A stretch of DNA of 64,000 nt from positions 7,502,001 to 7,566,000 of the forward strand of contig CM069133.1 in NCBI GenBank assembly GCA_035221665.1, read 5' to 3'. Positions within the stretch are counted from its first letter, which is position 1. The number at the start of each line of letters is the position of its first letter. The position numbers and the translations under genes were made by a program. The stretch comes from Okamejei kenojei. Taxonomy: Eukaryota. The notes beneath the pieces are model-generated. The model was not told where the DNA came from and searched no databases. It saw only the letters and a list, made by a program, of their open reading frames with translations. Positions 10,843-24,987 of the stretch are shown here, piece after piece.

Positions 10843-11599
10843 ATTTTGCCTTTGAGACGTATTTTCTCGAAAACCAGATGCAAATACGCTGAGATTTTTA
10901 CATATTTCAGTAGTGATTTAACTTATGATTTCAGAAATTGACTCTAATTTGATCAATTATTTCCTCAATTTTTAATAAAGTTGTTCACAAAACGGACTGT
11001 TTTTAAAAAATCAAACTGCTGTGGCAGCTGCGGATGTCACAATGCCCTTGATCACGGCACGCCCCACCTTCTCCTGCCCTCTATTAAAGCGGATGTTTCT
11101 CAAAGAGCAGGCGCACTTTCCACCATCCTTCCGCCCCCCCCCCCCCCCCCCCCCCCCCCCACCCACTCAGTCATTTTTTCGCCTCCCGCTGTGCTGAAGA
11201 TCCTGAGGGAGTAATGGCCGCCAGGACCACTTTCTCATCGCCTGCCCCGCGCAACGATAATGGCTGCTGCCTCCCAGCTCTCCTCCACATCCCCCCCCCA
11301 CCCGGCCCAGCTCTGTCACGCTGGCGGAAGCGATGATCGGCTGGACCCATGCTGCTTTTCACCATCCTCAGATCGCTCCGTGCCTTGCTCATGGTCCGCA
11401 GGCTCACTCGGGACTACGCTAGCCCACCCACACCACCCTCCCTCCCCTCCCCATACTCGGGGTCTGAAGCATTTGGGAATCGGTCCTTTGTGACGACCCG
11501 GAGATGACCGGCTGGCTCCGGGAGGACAGAGAGGATGCGCCGGAGATGCGAGGCCAAGGAACTGAGGCTGACTGAGGCCGATGGTTGCTGGGTGGCCCA

Positions 11600-12335
11600 G
11601 GCCCTCTCCTCCCTCCCTCCCTTCTGCCCCATCCCTTCTCCCCCTCCCTTCTCCCCCTTCCCCTCTCCACCCTCCCCCCACTCTCCCCTCCCCTCCCACC
11701 ACCTCCCACCTCTCCCCCACCCCCTCTACCCTCCCCCTCCCCTCGCTCCCCCTCCCCTCTCTGCCCCTCTCTCTCCCCCTATCTCCCTCCCTCCCTTTCT
11801 CTCCCTCCCTCTCTCCCCCTCCCTCTCTCCCCCTCTCTCTCCCAGCCTCTCTCTCTCTCTCTCTCTCTCCTCTTCCTCTCCCCCTCTCTCTCCCCCACCC
11901 TCCTGTCCTCCCTCCCCTACACCCCCTACACCTCTCCACCCCTCCCCTAACCCCCTTCCCCCCTCTCAGCCCCCCTCTCTCTCCTCCCCTCTCTCCTCCC
12001 ATCTCTCTCTCCCCCACCCCCCTCTCCTCCTCCCCTCCACCCCTCTCCCTCTGTCTCTTGCCCCTTCTGTCTCTGCCCCTCTGTCTGTCTCTCCCCGTTC
12101 TCTCTCTGCCCTCACTCTCATACCCCCCTGACTCTGAGGCCAATGGCTGTTGTGTGGCCCTAGCCCTCTCCTACCTCCCTCCCTTCTGCCCCCATCCCTT
12201 CTCCCCACTCCTTTCACCCCCATCCCTTCTCCCCACTTCTTCTCCCCCTCCCCCCCTCCCCCCCCTCCCCCCCCCCTCCCCCCCTCCCCCCCCCCCCCTC
12301 TCCCCCCCTCCCTCCCCCTCCCCCCTCCCCCTCTG
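11600..12335. repeat. Polypyrimidine (C/T) low-complexity tract
   Basis: Almost exclusively C/T, with a duplicated GAGGCC.ATGG.TG.TG.GTGGCCC motif at ~11573 and ~12136. Confidence 0.9.
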
Positions 12336-12344
12336 GAGTGAGAG

Positions 12345-13594
12345 GGGCAAGAATTCCAGATACTACCTTGGTAAGGCCATCAAAAAGGCCAAAAGGGACT
12401 TCTGCTCCAAACTGGAGGATGAAACAGATGTTCGGCAGCTGTGGCGGGGCCTGAATGCAATCACTTCAGTCTCAGTCACAGAGGCTGACGTCAGGAAATC
12501 CTTCAGAGGGGTGAACCCTCGAAAAGCGCCTGGACCTGATGGTATACACGGTCGTGTTCTAAAAACCTGTACGGTCCAACTGGCTGGAGTGTTTACGGAC
12601 ATTTTCAACCTCTCACTTCTAAGGTCTGAGGTCCCCACCTGCTTTAAAAGGGCATCAATTATACCAGTGCCCAAGATCAGTAAGGTGACGTGCCTCAATG
12701 ACTATCGACCTGTGGCACTAATGCCTGTGGTGATGAAGTGCTTTGAGAGGTTGATCATGGAGCTAATCAACTCCTACCATGACAAAAACCTGGGCCCACT
12801 GCAGTTCGCTTACTGCAACAGATCAACGGTGGATGCGATCTCGCTGGCTCTCCACTCCACTCTGGACCACTTGGACAACAAAAACTCATTATGTCCAGGC
12901 TGTTATTCATCGATTACAGCTCGGCATTTTAAAACAATCATCCCCCTCCCAGCTGGTTACCAAACTCGCAGAACTGGGTCTTTGCACATCCCTCTGCAAT
13001 TGGATCCTCGACATTACAGAGAGTCGGTTTGTCAAGGAGGATTCTCTCTAACTTCTACAGGTGCACAGTAGAGAGCTTGCTGACCATGCATCGTGGCGTG
13101 GTTCGGCAAATTGAGCGCCCTGGAGAGGAAAATACTTCAAAAAGCAGTAAATACTGCTGTAGATGATATGTGTGTACATCATCGGCTCTGACCTTCCTTC
13201 CATCGAGGGGATTTATCGCAGTTGCTGCCTCAAAAAGGCTGGCAGCATCATCAAGGACCCACACCATCCTGGCCACACACTCATCTCCCTGCTACCTTCA
13301 GGTAGAAGGTGCAGGAGCCTGAAGACTGCAACGACCAGGTTCAGGAAAAGCTACTTCCCCACAGCCGTCAGGCTATTAAACCTGGCTCTGACAAAACTCT
13401 AATCATTAATAACCAATTATCTGTTATTTGCACTTCATCAGTTTATTTATTCATGTGTGTATGTATTTATATAATGATATATGGACATACTGATCGGTTT
13501 TGTAGTAAATGCCTACTGTGTTCTGTGTGCTGAAGCAAAGCAAGTATTTCATTATCCTATCAGTGACACATGACTATAAACTCACTTGAACTTG
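12345..13594 (+). mobile_element. Rex1/Babar-like LINE fragment (RT with internal deletions and 3' end)
   Basis: [53 protein letters not shown]; C-terminal IIKDPHHPGHTLISLLPSGRR; tail ending CTTGAACTTG. Confidence 0.85.
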
Positions 13595-13876
13595 TGGGCC
13601 AGCAGATGTCTGTAGAGGCCGATCCGCAATCCCCACACCTTGGTGCAACGTGGGCAGTGGAGACTGGTGGTGGTTCGTAGTCATCGAGTTCCCTTCTCTC
13701 TCTTCTTACCGTGCTGTCGCTTTGTCTCTGCGACACAGCATAGTTCCATTTCGTGAGGTGCAGCTCCTTCCTGCACGGATTTCCTTCAGGAGTGCCTGCC
13801 CAGTGCAATGTGCTCCCAGTTGCTTGATGTGATGTGAAATTTCGTCAGACTGTTCTTGACGTTGTCCTTTGGACTG

Positions 13877-13954
<78 letters not shown>

Positions 13955-14478
13955 GGGGGTTGGGGGTTCGCTGACCTTCCTTCAATTGAGAGTACAGGAT
14001 TTGTCTAGGGAGACATGCGGATGACATGGCCAGTCCAGCTGCATTATTGTGGTGGTGATGCTGGTCATGTTGGCTTCCTCCAAAACCCTGATGTTGGTGC
14101 GTTTGTCCTCCCAGCTGATTTCAGAATATTTCGTAAGGATCTTTGATGGTATTGTTCCAGGGCTCTCAGGTGCCTGCTGTAGGTGGTCCAAGACTTGGCT
14201 CCATACAACAGGGTGGAGAGGACAACGGCTCTGTCGACCAGCAGTTTTGTTAAGGCCTTTAGGTCTTGGTCTTCATAGACCTTTTCCCAAGTCTGGCGTA
14301 GGCTCCGTTGGGCACAACTCAGGCAATGGTTGACCTCAGAGTCGATGTCAGCTTTTGAGGAAAGAATGCTGCCAAGGTAGGGGAAATGGTCAACATTTCC
14401 AAATGTGGCGTTGTCCACTATCTCTAAACTGGCTTCCAGTGTCTCAATTGACACAGTACATGGCCACAACAGGCCCCC
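13595..14478 (-). mobile_element. RTE (BovB-like) LINE 3' fragment
   Basis: FPYLGSILSS..LLYGAKSWTTYSRHLRALEQYHQRSLRNIL..ISWEDKRTNIRVLE..LPRQILYSQLKEGQR; interrupted by a poly-G run at 13877-13953. Confidence 0.85.
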
Positions 14479-16650
14479 TTAAATCTATTTGGCAAGACAT
14501 TCTTGCCATAGAGGGGGTACAGAGAAGGTTCACCAGACAGATTCCTGGGATGTCAGGACTTTCATATGAGGAAAGACTGGATAGACTTGGCTTGTACTCG
14601 CTAGAATTTAGAAGATTGAAAATAGGTGCAGGAGTAGGCCATTTGGCCCTTCAAATCTGCACCACCATTCAATATGATCATGGGCTGAACATCCAACCAG
14701 TATCCTGTACCTGCCTTCTCTCCATACCCCCTGATTCCTTTAGCCACAAGGGCCACATCTAACTCCCTCTTAAATATAGCCAATGAACTGGCCTCAACTA
14801 CCTTCTGTGGCAGAGAATTCTCTGTGTGAAAAAATAATGGTTCTTCATCTCGGTCCTAAAAGACCCTTATCCTTAAACTGTGACCCCACCCCTTGTTTGG
14901 ACTTCACTTCCCCAACATCAGGAACAATCTTCCTGCATCTAGCCTGTCCAACCCATTAAGAATTTTGTATGTCTCTATAAGATCCCCCTCAATCTTCTAA
15001 ATTCTAGCGAGTTCAAGCCGAGTCTATCCAATCCTTTCTTCATATGGAAGTCCTCCTGCCATCCCAGGAATCAGGTCTGGTGAACCTTCTCTGTACTCTA
15101 GTAACTCCCGTCTCTGGCAAGAATGTCTTTCCTCAGATTAGGAGACCAAAACTGTATGCAATACTCAGGTGTGACCTCACCAAGACCCTGTACAACTGCA
15201 CATATTATACTCAAAATCCTTATTGCTATGAATGCTAACCCATACCATTCGCTTTCTTCACTGCCTCGCTGCGTGACATGGCACCTAAGTAGCAGGAGAG
15301 GGGGTGAAAGATAGATCCTCCTGAAGCTCGTTCTTTTCATTAGCCTTTTCATTTTTGAGTAGTAAGGATTAAAGCAAATTGCGTTAAGTAAGTGGGAGAG
15401 TGACTAGTATGTTTTTTGTAATGGAGCATTGCATGGCTCGCATTCATGAAACGCAGTTAGTAGGCATAAGCAATTAGGAAGGCAAACAGAATATTACGGT
15501 TTATTGAGAAGGGATGGTAGAGTATTACACATATAGAAGAGTATTGCTTCAACTGTGCGAGTTCTTCTTCTTCCTCATATGACATTAAATACAAACATTT
15601 AAACTGAAGATTAATTCATGGAAGGTTTACTGTTCATTTGTGTGGTGAAGGGCTGTCTTATAAGGAATCATGAAGAAATAGATTGAGTCTCATATTCATT
15701 AGAGTTTAGATGAATCGAGATGGGATCTTACTGAGATTTCTGAGGGAACACTTTGCAATGTAAATACATAGAAACATAGAAATATAGAAATAGGTGCAGG
15801 AATAGGCCATTCGGCCCTTCGAGCCTGCACCCCCAATCAATATGATCATGGCTGATCATCCAACTCAGTATCCCGTACTGCATCTTCTCTCCATACACCC
15901 CTGATACCTTTGCCACAAGGGCCACATCTAACTCCCCTCTTACAATATAGCCAATGAACTGGCCTCAACTACCTTCTGAGTGACAGAAAAACCAGGACTC
16001 ACACTCTCGACTGTTCGGATGTTGCTTTCCATGAGAAAGTGTTGTTGAACTTGTTTAGTCGTCCAATGTAGATGGAATCCTTCAGATCTTTGGAATTGTT
16101 TGTCTTGAGTGTAAGATATGAAAGTAAGCATGCAGTACAACAGCAGTGAAGAATGCAAATGGCATGTGGCCTTTATAACAAAATGAATCAAATTATAGGA
16201 GCAAAGAGGTCCTTCTGCAATTGTACAGAGCCCTAGTGAGACCACACCTGGAGTATTGTGTGCAGTTTTGGTCCCCTAATTTGAGGAAGGACGATTCTTG
16301 CTATTGAGGTTTCTCTTAGTGCAGCGTAGGTTTACTAAGGTTAAATTCCTGGGATGGCGGGACTGTCATATGCTGAGAGAATGGAGCAGCTGGGCTTGTA
16401 CAGAGTTTAGAAGGATGAGAGGGTATCTCATTGAAACATATAAGATTGTTAAGGGCTTGGACACACGCTAGAGGCAGGAAACATGTTCCCGATGTTGAGT
16501 CCAGAACCAGGGGGCCACATTTTAAGAATAAGAGTAAGCCATTTAGAACGGAGACGAGGTGGAGGGGAGGAAACACTTTTTTCACACAGAGAGTGGTGAG
16601 TCTGTGGAATTCTCTGCCTCAGAGGGCGGTGGAGGCAGGTTCTCTGGATG
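14479..16650. mobile_element. Cluster of CR1 fragments in both orientations
   Basis: DILAIEGVQRRFTR..LGLYSLEFRR (+, 14479-14617); CR1 3' ends on - (14618-15270, 15767-15985); + strand RT C-terminus at 16110-16650. Confidence 0.85.
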
Positions 16651-17889
16651 CTGCCTCTCCGACCAGGTAATAAACAGGAAAAGTGTTTCCCCCTTACCCC
16701 CCCCACCCCCCCCCCTCACATAAAAAAAGAATAGAACTCCAAAAACAAAAACACTTTACTCACTAAAAAATAAAGAATGGTGAAAACAAACAGCTGCAGG
16801 TACTGTGGCAGCAATACTATACAGGACGGCGGCCCCCATACGATCAGAACCATTAAAGGTTTTACAAACATTTTCCAGATACAGAAAAAGGGAAGGGTGT
16901 CTTGAACCATGGGGAAATCTTTAATCACAAAAGGAGGTTGTTTCAGCACGGTAACTCGCATCAGTTCCCTTTAACCCTCTTTAATGCCCCAGTAAATTTT
17001 CAATACCCAGTAAATTATTTCAATACCCTCTTAATACCCAGTAAATTGTTTTCCCCTCAAGGTGTCTCTAAACCAATCTCTTAGGAAAAGCTCTCATTTT
17101 TACACCAACCTTCAGGCAACAAGCCGAGACCCTATCAATCAATATGTTATTTTTCCTTTCCTTTTCTTTAAGCTTTCACAATAAACTGTAACTCTGGTCC
17201 TTGAACATTCACTTCCATTAAATAAGCATGATTTATCTACCTCTTTCAAATCAAACTTCTTGGAATCCACTCCAGGCTTCTATCTTAGCTGAGCTCTTAT
17301 CTTAGAATGTCATTCCGGCAGGTCTCTCCTAGGTGATGACGTGTTTCATAATGTGGAGACCAAAATTAGAAGTAATACTCAATGTTCTATAAATTCTATC
17401 TCTAGCCTTCCAATTTTGGTTCAATCTGTGCATGTATTTACTAAAGCCTATTGCTGATAAAAATTGTCCAATTTTGGTGGGAAGTCCAGACAGGGGCTAC
17501 CAGTGTAAGACGAAAGGGGTGGCTTTTAAAACTGAGAAGAGATAATATATTTTCACCAGGTGAGTTGTGAATTTGTGGAATTCTCTGCCACAGAGGCCAG
17601 TAGAGGCCAGTTCAACTGGATGAATTTAAAAGAGAGTAAAGGGCCTGTCCCATCCGCATGCGGACTCCCTGCGCTCAAGCGCGGACCTAACAGTGGTCGC
17701 TGAGCCATCCGGCCTCGCGGTGCCATGTCCCAACTTGTCGCCGGAGCCAACTTGGAGTTGTGCGGAGTGGTCCCGAACATAGGACTCTGAATATGAGTCA
17801 TGCAGGCTGCCTATGCCGAGTTACGCACGCTCACGTCGTGCCTCTCTCTATATGTGCCTCCGTGGACCCTCTCTGTGTGCTCCATGGCC

Positions 17890-20800
17890 CTTTCTTTTTT
17901 TTTTTTTTTGTTTGTTTATTTTGTTAGAAGTAGTACAGTAGTTCTGGTACTTAAGTACCTAATAATAATACATAAATACATATTGTTCATTTTGTACAAC
18001 TTCATATTTTTGTGCATAATTAAAAGAACAGTGAGAGAAAAGAGAATAAAAGGTGTCGAATAGATAGACAAGCAAGTAGAAAAACGAAAGTAAAAAAAAA
18101 ATAAAGGACAGAGGTGAGAAGTTAAAAGATGTGAAAGAAAAAGGAAAAGTATAAGAAATGAAAGATTAGTGATGAGGGAAGAGATCTACCTATCTCATAT
18201 TTTTGCCCATTTCGTCACCCAGTTCTGAACATTTAATTTCTTAAGGTTAAGTTATGTTGCACCAGTATGCTCTGTATAAAGTTGATAAACGAGACCAAAT
18301 CTTTTAAGAATTGTTCTTACATTGCCTAGTAAGAGGAATCTCATTTCTTCAAGATGTAGCGTTTCAGAAATATTTGAGATCACATTTTGAATGTTGGGTA
18401 GGTGCGTTTTTCCAAAATTTTAAGTATAAGTTTTTTCGCTTGTTATTAGACCATAATTAAGAAAGGCTTCTTGGAATATAGTTGTTTACTTCCCTCTTCC
18501 ATGATCCAAAGATAATCAATTCAGTATTGGGGTTCAATTTTGTGTTAAAATAGTTATTGTAAAAATTCCAAAAAATTCATTCCAAAAATGTTTACAGTTT
18601 TGTACAAGAGACAATGTTGAATGTGCTATAGTGGCTTTTGAGTATAGAACATTTGTCGCGAGATGGGGGAAAAACATTTGAAAATATTTTATTCAGTCTT
18701 GTTTTCGATAATATAATATATGTAAAAATTTTAATTGAATTAGGTTATGTCTTACATTCATTGAACATTTGTTTACATATAATAGATTTTTATCCCATCT
18801 ATCGTTCGGAGAATTTTTATCAATAACTCTTGTTCCCAGTCTCTTCTAATTGCTTCTGTCGTTGGTGTTTCTATATTTAGGAATTTTATTATTAAGTAAG
18901 ATATTAAAATTGCTTGATTTTCTGCCTTTCTATTCATTCTTCCTCCAGTGGATCTGGGGGTTGAAGTTTTTGATTATCTTGTATATACTTTTTAAATAAT
19001 CATTGAATATGAGGTATTTGAAATATGATTACTTTTCAATTTATATTTTAGTTGTAATTGTTGGAATGATAAAAAGTTTTCCCATTTCATACCATATCTC
19101 CCATCATTTTTATTCTATTCTTTCCCTTGGGTAAAACGTTTTATCAATAATGGATGGTTTGGAATGAGGATTATTAGATATTGGAGAATGAAGCGATAAT
19201 TTTCTTAATTTTAAAGTTAATTTTATTTGTTTCCAATTTCGTTTATACTATGATTAATTGATTCTTCTTGTTTATTACATTGTTAGTTTTTTCGGGGAAA
19301 GGATGGATCGCTCCCGTATATTCATAAGGGAACAATCCTCTTTCTCCATTCTTGATCCAATTACCTCTGTTGGGCAGCACTGGGTCAACTCAGTAGATGA
19401 TATTTTTATATTCACTGCCATGTATTATTACATTTTAGTTTAGGGGGGGGTGAGAGAGTCAGTCCCCCTGATTCTTTAGATTTACACAAGTGGTTTTTTT
19501 TATTTCTGTGTGATTTATATTACACATATAAAGTGTATATTATCAGAATCTAATTTTTTGAGAATTTTTTTTAGGTATTGTATAATTGGTTATTGATTGG
19601 ATAATTTGTACAATATTTGTGGTAAGAAGATCATTTTTATCGCGTTTATTCTGCCTTTTAAGGACATCGGATGTGTCTTCCAAAATTTAATCAAAGCCCA
19701 TTTAATTTTTGTTATTAAAGGCATTATAGTTTGCCGTTGAGTTAATGATTTATAGTTCCTAGTAATTTGGTATGCCAAATATTTAAATTTTTCTGTTGTA
19801 ATTCTTAAAAGGGAATTTCAACAGATGGTTGTGACTCTTGAGGTTTTTATCGTCTTAATTTCGCTTTTGTTCCAATTTTTCCTTTTTCCTGAAAAAGAAC
19901 CAAATTCTCTATTAAATTTAGTATATTGGTATGCTATTTGCGAATTGTATTATATAATTAATATGGCATCTGTTATAATGAAATTTTTTTATTTGAGTGT
20001 TTGGGCTAATATTCCCATGATGTTTCGGATGATGGCCTTCTTATACTTTCAGCTAATGGATCTATACTAGTGCAAAAAGCAAGGGGAGATAACGCGCACC
20101 CCTGCCTATTGCCCCTTGCTAAGTGGAAGTTTCGGGGATAATATTTTATTAGTCAGTTTTCTAGCCGTCGGCTTTTCTATATAGTTTTAACCATGATTAA
20201 TTGATCTCCCATATTAAATTTTTCCAATACTTTGAATTTATATTATTGCCATTCTACTTGATCTCATTGCTTTTTCCTGCATCCAATGAAATAATTGCTA
20301 GTTTCTTCTTCAGTATTATGTGAGTACAGTTATATAGACAAAAACCGTCTCAAAATTGTTAACATAGTGTATCTCTTTGGTATGAAACCTGTGTGGTCAG
20401 GATTTTTATTAGTTTACTAAAAATATTTACTCAATCTTCTCGCTTGGGTCTTCGTTATTTTTTTTTGGTCTGTTGTTAGGAGTGAATAAGTCTATATGAG
20501 CCTGGGTCTTATGATTCTTTATCCTTTTTTGGTATACGTGTTAATAGTTGATGACAGTTAGTTGTATTTCTGGTAGTTTATTTTCTTTAAAATGTATATA
20601 TATAATCTTGCAACCGTGAGAAATTATTTCGTTAGATTCTTTTTAGAATTCATTACTTGAAAGCTTCTTGTTTCCTGGGGTTTTTGCCGTTCTTCATCGA
20701 ACTAATTGTTTCTTTATTTTACGGTAGTGTAATCTGAGCTCCTAATGCCTCTTGTTCCACCATTTATAATTTTGGAAGATTACAATTATCTAAGAAATTT

Positions 20801-21715
20801 GCAATTGAGCTATTATTTGCAGAGGTTTTCGATGTATATAAGTTTTGATTTTTTAAAATTGAGCAAATCTTTATTAATATCTTTAGGTTAGTAGTGTTAG
20901 TAATTCCCTTTGTCTGATTTAATTTAGTATATTGTATTTTCTGTGTCCCTATTTTTCAGTTGGCAGTGCTAAGAGTTTAATGAGGTTTATCCCAAATACC
21001 AAAATTTTTTGTTTTGTAATTTGAAATAATCTCTTTATTCTGGCCGATAAAATTTTATTTAGTTTATATTTTAGTTATATTATCTTATTATGTTTATCTA
21101 TAGTTGGTCTTTTGGCATTTTCTGAATCTAATTGTCTAATTTCTTGTTCTAACTGCAATTGTTCAGTATAATTCCTTTTTAAATTTGGAAAGCTTGAGAT
21201 GGATAAATTTTCCACTAATAAATGCCTATAAACGTTTCCATAATAAAGAGGGTGACATATCTGGTGTATATTTGTCTCAAAGAAGAATTCATCTGTCTTT
21301 TAAATATGTGCAACTTGTGAGTTATTTAAAATTTGTGGGTTTTAAACTCCAAAACGAATTTTTATGGGATTCATTTAAATTTTAAAGAAAAGTTAACGGG
21401 GAATGATCGAAATGATATATTATGATATTTTAGAATTATATTTATAATGAATAAGTTTTTGTGTATAAGAAATAAAACCACTATCAATAAACATACATTA
21501 ATCCACCCATAAACAAATTTACTTATTCAAAATATATCTATTCTCTCGCTCTCAACTACAAAATCACTAACTAGCGCTCGCCAAGCTCTTTACTCTCCCC
21601 CATATAGAGTCAAACCTCGAAAATAAAATCATCTACGCATACACTCTCTCCTGTTTCGATACCCCCCAACCCTAACACACCACTCTCCAGCTATATAGCA
21701 GATTATCATAAATAA
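17890..21715 (-). mobile_element. AT-rich L1-clade LINE, heavily indel-laden, running into the gap
   Basis: Poly-T (tail) at ~17890-17910; WKTHPMSLKGRINAIKMIFLPQILY; QGCALSP-type RT motif at ~20085-20110. Confidence 0.75.
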
Positions 21716-22215
21716 NNNNNNNNNNNNNNNNNNNNNNNNNNNNNNNNNNNNNNNNNNNNNNNNNNNNNNNNNNNNNNNNNNNNNNNNNNNNNNNNNNNNN
21801 NNNNNNNNNNNNNNNNNNNNNNNNNNNNNNNNNNNNNNNNNNNNNNNNNNNNNNNNNNNNNNNNNNNNNNNNNNNNNNNNNNNNNNNNNNNNNNNNNNNN
21901 NNNNNNNNNNNNNNNNNNNNNNNNNNNNNNNNNNNNNNNNNNNNNNNNNNNNNNNNNNNNNNNNNNNNNNNNNNNNNNNNNNNNNNNNNNNNNNNNNNNN
22001 NNNNNNNNNNNNNNNNNNNNNNNNNNNNNNNNNNNNNNNNNNNNNNNNNNNNNNNNNNNNNNNNNNNNNNNNNNNNNNNNNNNNNNNNNNNNNNNNNNNN
22101 NNNNNNNNNNNNNNNNNNNNNNNNNNNNNNNNNNNNNNNNNNNNNNNNNNNNNNNNNNNNNNNNNNNNNNNNNNNNNNNNNNNNNNNNNNNNNNNNNNNN
22201 NNNNNNNNNNNNNNN
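21716..22215. other. Assembly gap (500 N)
   Basis: Run of N. The round size suggests a placeholder of unknown true length. Confidence 1.
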
Positions 22216-22719
22216 TTTCAATCCCATCCTCCTCCTTAGTTGGTTTTTGTTCGATTCGACACATATGTAGGGAACTTCTCATGAACATGATTGGGATTTT
22301 TGTATTTTGGCCTTTCCCATTTTATGTTCGGGGGGAGAGCCGTTATGGTAAACAGTCAATCTTTCCATTTTCTGTGAATTGATGGATAGGCTATGAACCA
22401 TTTATTAAAAACCAAAACTCTGTACTCCAAATCAAATGTTTTGCCATTGGGCACGCTCTTGGGTCCAAGCGAAAACCTACCTAAATTATTTTATTTTAAT
22501 TAAATTAATGCCAAATTGTTAATTTTGGAACGTCAGTCATATCCTCCTTTGAGCCATCGTTCAATAATCATTCTATTAGTATTAGTGGGATTTACCCTGT
22601 TCTATAATTAAAATAGCAAGAACCATTCCGTTTCCAAAACGACATTCCCACATTTCTCCCAATTTCCCATTTGGTTTGGTTACATGGAAAACCTGACACA
22701 GCTGCCCCTATCCAGAATT

Positions 22720-23140
22720 CTTCCTTGTGTTACCCATGGAGGAAACTCATGGGACTTCATTAGCTACTTATGAGACCCTACTATCAAATTCTTTGGTCCA
22801 TCCCCGACACATACCTCCAATTTGTTGATCTCACTGTCTCATCGACAGGAGAAAAGACCTATCGACTGAGTATATTGCTCATCTATGGACTCCAGCTGTC
22901 AGGACTACAGCTCTTCCAGCCTTGCTCCTGCAATCACTCTATGTCCTATTCCAAATTCTACTGTCTACGCGCAACTGCTCCGCCACATGAGTTGTTCCAT
23001 ACAGAATATCCGCGGGTCCTATTCTTTAGGGAGAGGGTTTCCCACTTTTACCATAGTAAGAGGCCTCACACGTGTCCAACTGCTTCCCGTAGTTTGCCCT
23101 ATACTCCATCATCCCCAGTCATCAAACAAGGAGTGTGTTG
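22720..23140 (+). mobile_element. Degraded Penelope-like RT fragment
   Basis: WSIPDTYLQFVDLTVS..., DYSSS..., YSKFYCLR resemble PLE RT C-terminal motifs. Confidence 0.55.
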
Positions 23141-23564
23141 AGGTTGTAACCCATACGCCTACAGAGTTATAGCATTGAGAATTCCTGAGAAAACCCTGGG
23201 AATTTTACAGTAATTAATACTGGAGGCCTACGATATATTTCCAAATTGACATTGGTGCGTAGCGGTAACTGCCTGATATTGGCACCCAAGAAGTTTCAGC
23301 CAAGGTGGGATCCAAGCGGAATGTTGAAGCAGCCATGATCACCAGATGAAATGCAGTGCATGGCTCGAATGGCCTCCTCCTGCACCTATTTTCTATGTGT
23401 CTATTTTCTATGTTGAACTAATTGGTTTATGATACTCGGTTGAATTTCATGAAATTGTATATTGCGTAACGAATTGCGGATAATGATTCTTCGCACTGAA
23501 TATTTTGTCAAAATGAGCAAGAGAGGAGAGTTTAAACATTACATGGGAACTTTGACTGTTGCAG

Positions 23565-23866
23565 CGGCTGATTCAGCCCCCAACCCTTCATTCTCTTCCT
23601 ACCTGGTGGACACGGCTTCAGTGGATCGTTCAACCTACGGTTGGTTTGGCTTTGGGCTATTCCCCTGTGGGTGCCTGGGTCTCTTTGGAAGAAAAAGATG
23701 TACGACCTGAAGAATGGAGTCAAGGACTACCGGCAGTGTTCAAAAAGTTGGGAACTTACACCCGGAGCAGCGAGTTAAACCATCATGAGGCGAGAGGAGG
23801 GGGGGAGGCGCATCTTCTGTGTGGTGCCAGCAACAACCAAAAAGAGTATAAACTGAAAAGTACCAG
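23565..23866 (+). CDS. IGHM: Immunoglobulin mu heavy chain constant exon CH1 (indel-disrupted as assembled)
   Basis: TTGCAG acceptor at 23559-64 and CAG|GTTGGT donor. Residues across frames: PPTLHSL, LALGYSP, WKK, GVKDY, PAVFKKLGTYTRSSEL, C..YKLK. These fit chondrichthyan IgM CH1 (LAMDYSP, GTYTLSSQL). Confidence 0.8.
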
Positions 23867-24678
23867 GTTGGTGATGGAGTGCACCGCGAGCCGAGGGTGG
23901 TGGAGTTGGGAGTAAGAGTGTTTTATTGTATTTGTCCCAGATAGAACAATAAATTCTTGCTTCCTGCAGCAAAACACAATATGTGAACATTCATAAATTA
24001 ATATGATAACGAGATGTGATATAGATATAGTTATAGATTCAGGGTTATACATCTTATAGAAAGGACAGGCAGGGGGCAGAGGAGGGGGGGGGGGTTTAGC
24101 TCTGTGGTGATGGGGGGAAATCTTATAGAAACATATAAAATTATAAATGGACTGACCAAGCTAGATGCGGAAGAATGTTCCAATGTTGGGCGAGTCCAGA
24201 TACCTGGGGCCACAGTCTTAGTATAAAGGGGAGGTCGTTTAAGACTATTGAATTCCCTGACACTGAGGCAATGGAGGCCAAGGTCAGGATGGATTTAAGA
24301 GAGTGTTAGAGTAGGTTCTAGAGGTTTTTGTTCAGTCTCCCTAATGGTCGAAGTGGTTTCTGATCTCTATGTCCCGGCCGAAAACGCACGGATACATTGG
24401 TTGGGGCGCCAAAGTCTCCAGAGGTTTTCCGTTCGGGTTGTGTAAGTGGGAGGACGGGCATTACCGAGCTATCATTTCCCCATTTACGAAGCACTCGATG
24501 TAACGCGATATAAACAAAGAATTAGCAGAATCTCTGCTAGTCCAAGTGGAGTGAGGCGGTACGTTTAATCGGGTGGGAAAACGTTGATTTTTTTGTTTGT
24601 TTTGTAAAATAATGTTGTCGTCAATATTAATGGACGAGTGTTTAAGAGCAATTCCAATGCAGGTTTATTTTCTTTCAG

Positions 24679-24987
24679 ATGGTGGTACATCATCCAACGT
24701 CTCCCATTACAATAAATGCATGGATGAAATCAAGCGCAGCAAAAAAGCTATCGCCGTTGTGTATGGTCAATGATTTCACCCCAGCGAAAATTTCGTGAAC
24801 TGGACTGAAGAATGGAAAGCGAGTGGATTCTGGCATCGTCACCTCTATCGCTTCCAGGTGAATGGTAACGGTAACTTCTCGGCGACCAGCCAGTTGACAT
24901 TCCCCGCTTAGAGATGGATCGGACATGCCGTCTATACAGCAAGTCAACCAGGAAAATATATAAAAGACCAAAATATCAGTCGGCCAG
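24679..24987 (+). CDS. IGHM: Immunoglobulin mu constant exon CH2 (indel-disrupted)
   Basis: TTTTCTTTCAG acceptor and CAG|GTAAG donor. Residues HPT, CMVNDFTPAKI, LKNGKRVDSGIVTS, NGNFSATSQLTFP, QNISRP; C1-set domain like shark IgM CH2. Confidence 0.85.

Noticed and set aside
10878-10885. ATGCAAAT octamer as a VH promoter (also ~16153)
   Set aside because: Both lie in repeats and no leader or V exon follows.
11581-13071. 496-aa ORF as a Pro-rich host protein fused to RT
   Set aside because: The N-terminal half is a stop-free C/T tract that happens to be in frame with a truncated Rex/Babar RT.
21629-22288. ORFs spanning the N run
   Set aside because: Artefacts of the gap.
22242-22360. Perfect RSS nonamer GGTTTTTGT and a weak FGG..MV motif as a JH segment
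   Set aside because: There is no heptamer at 12/23 nt, no WGxG and no clear donor. The sequence next to the gap is too error-prone to call, so it is worth rechecking only after polishing.
24323-24331. Second GGTTTTTGT nonamer in the CH1-CH2 intron
   Set aside because: It is part of a degraded copy of the MITE seen at 33837-34103.
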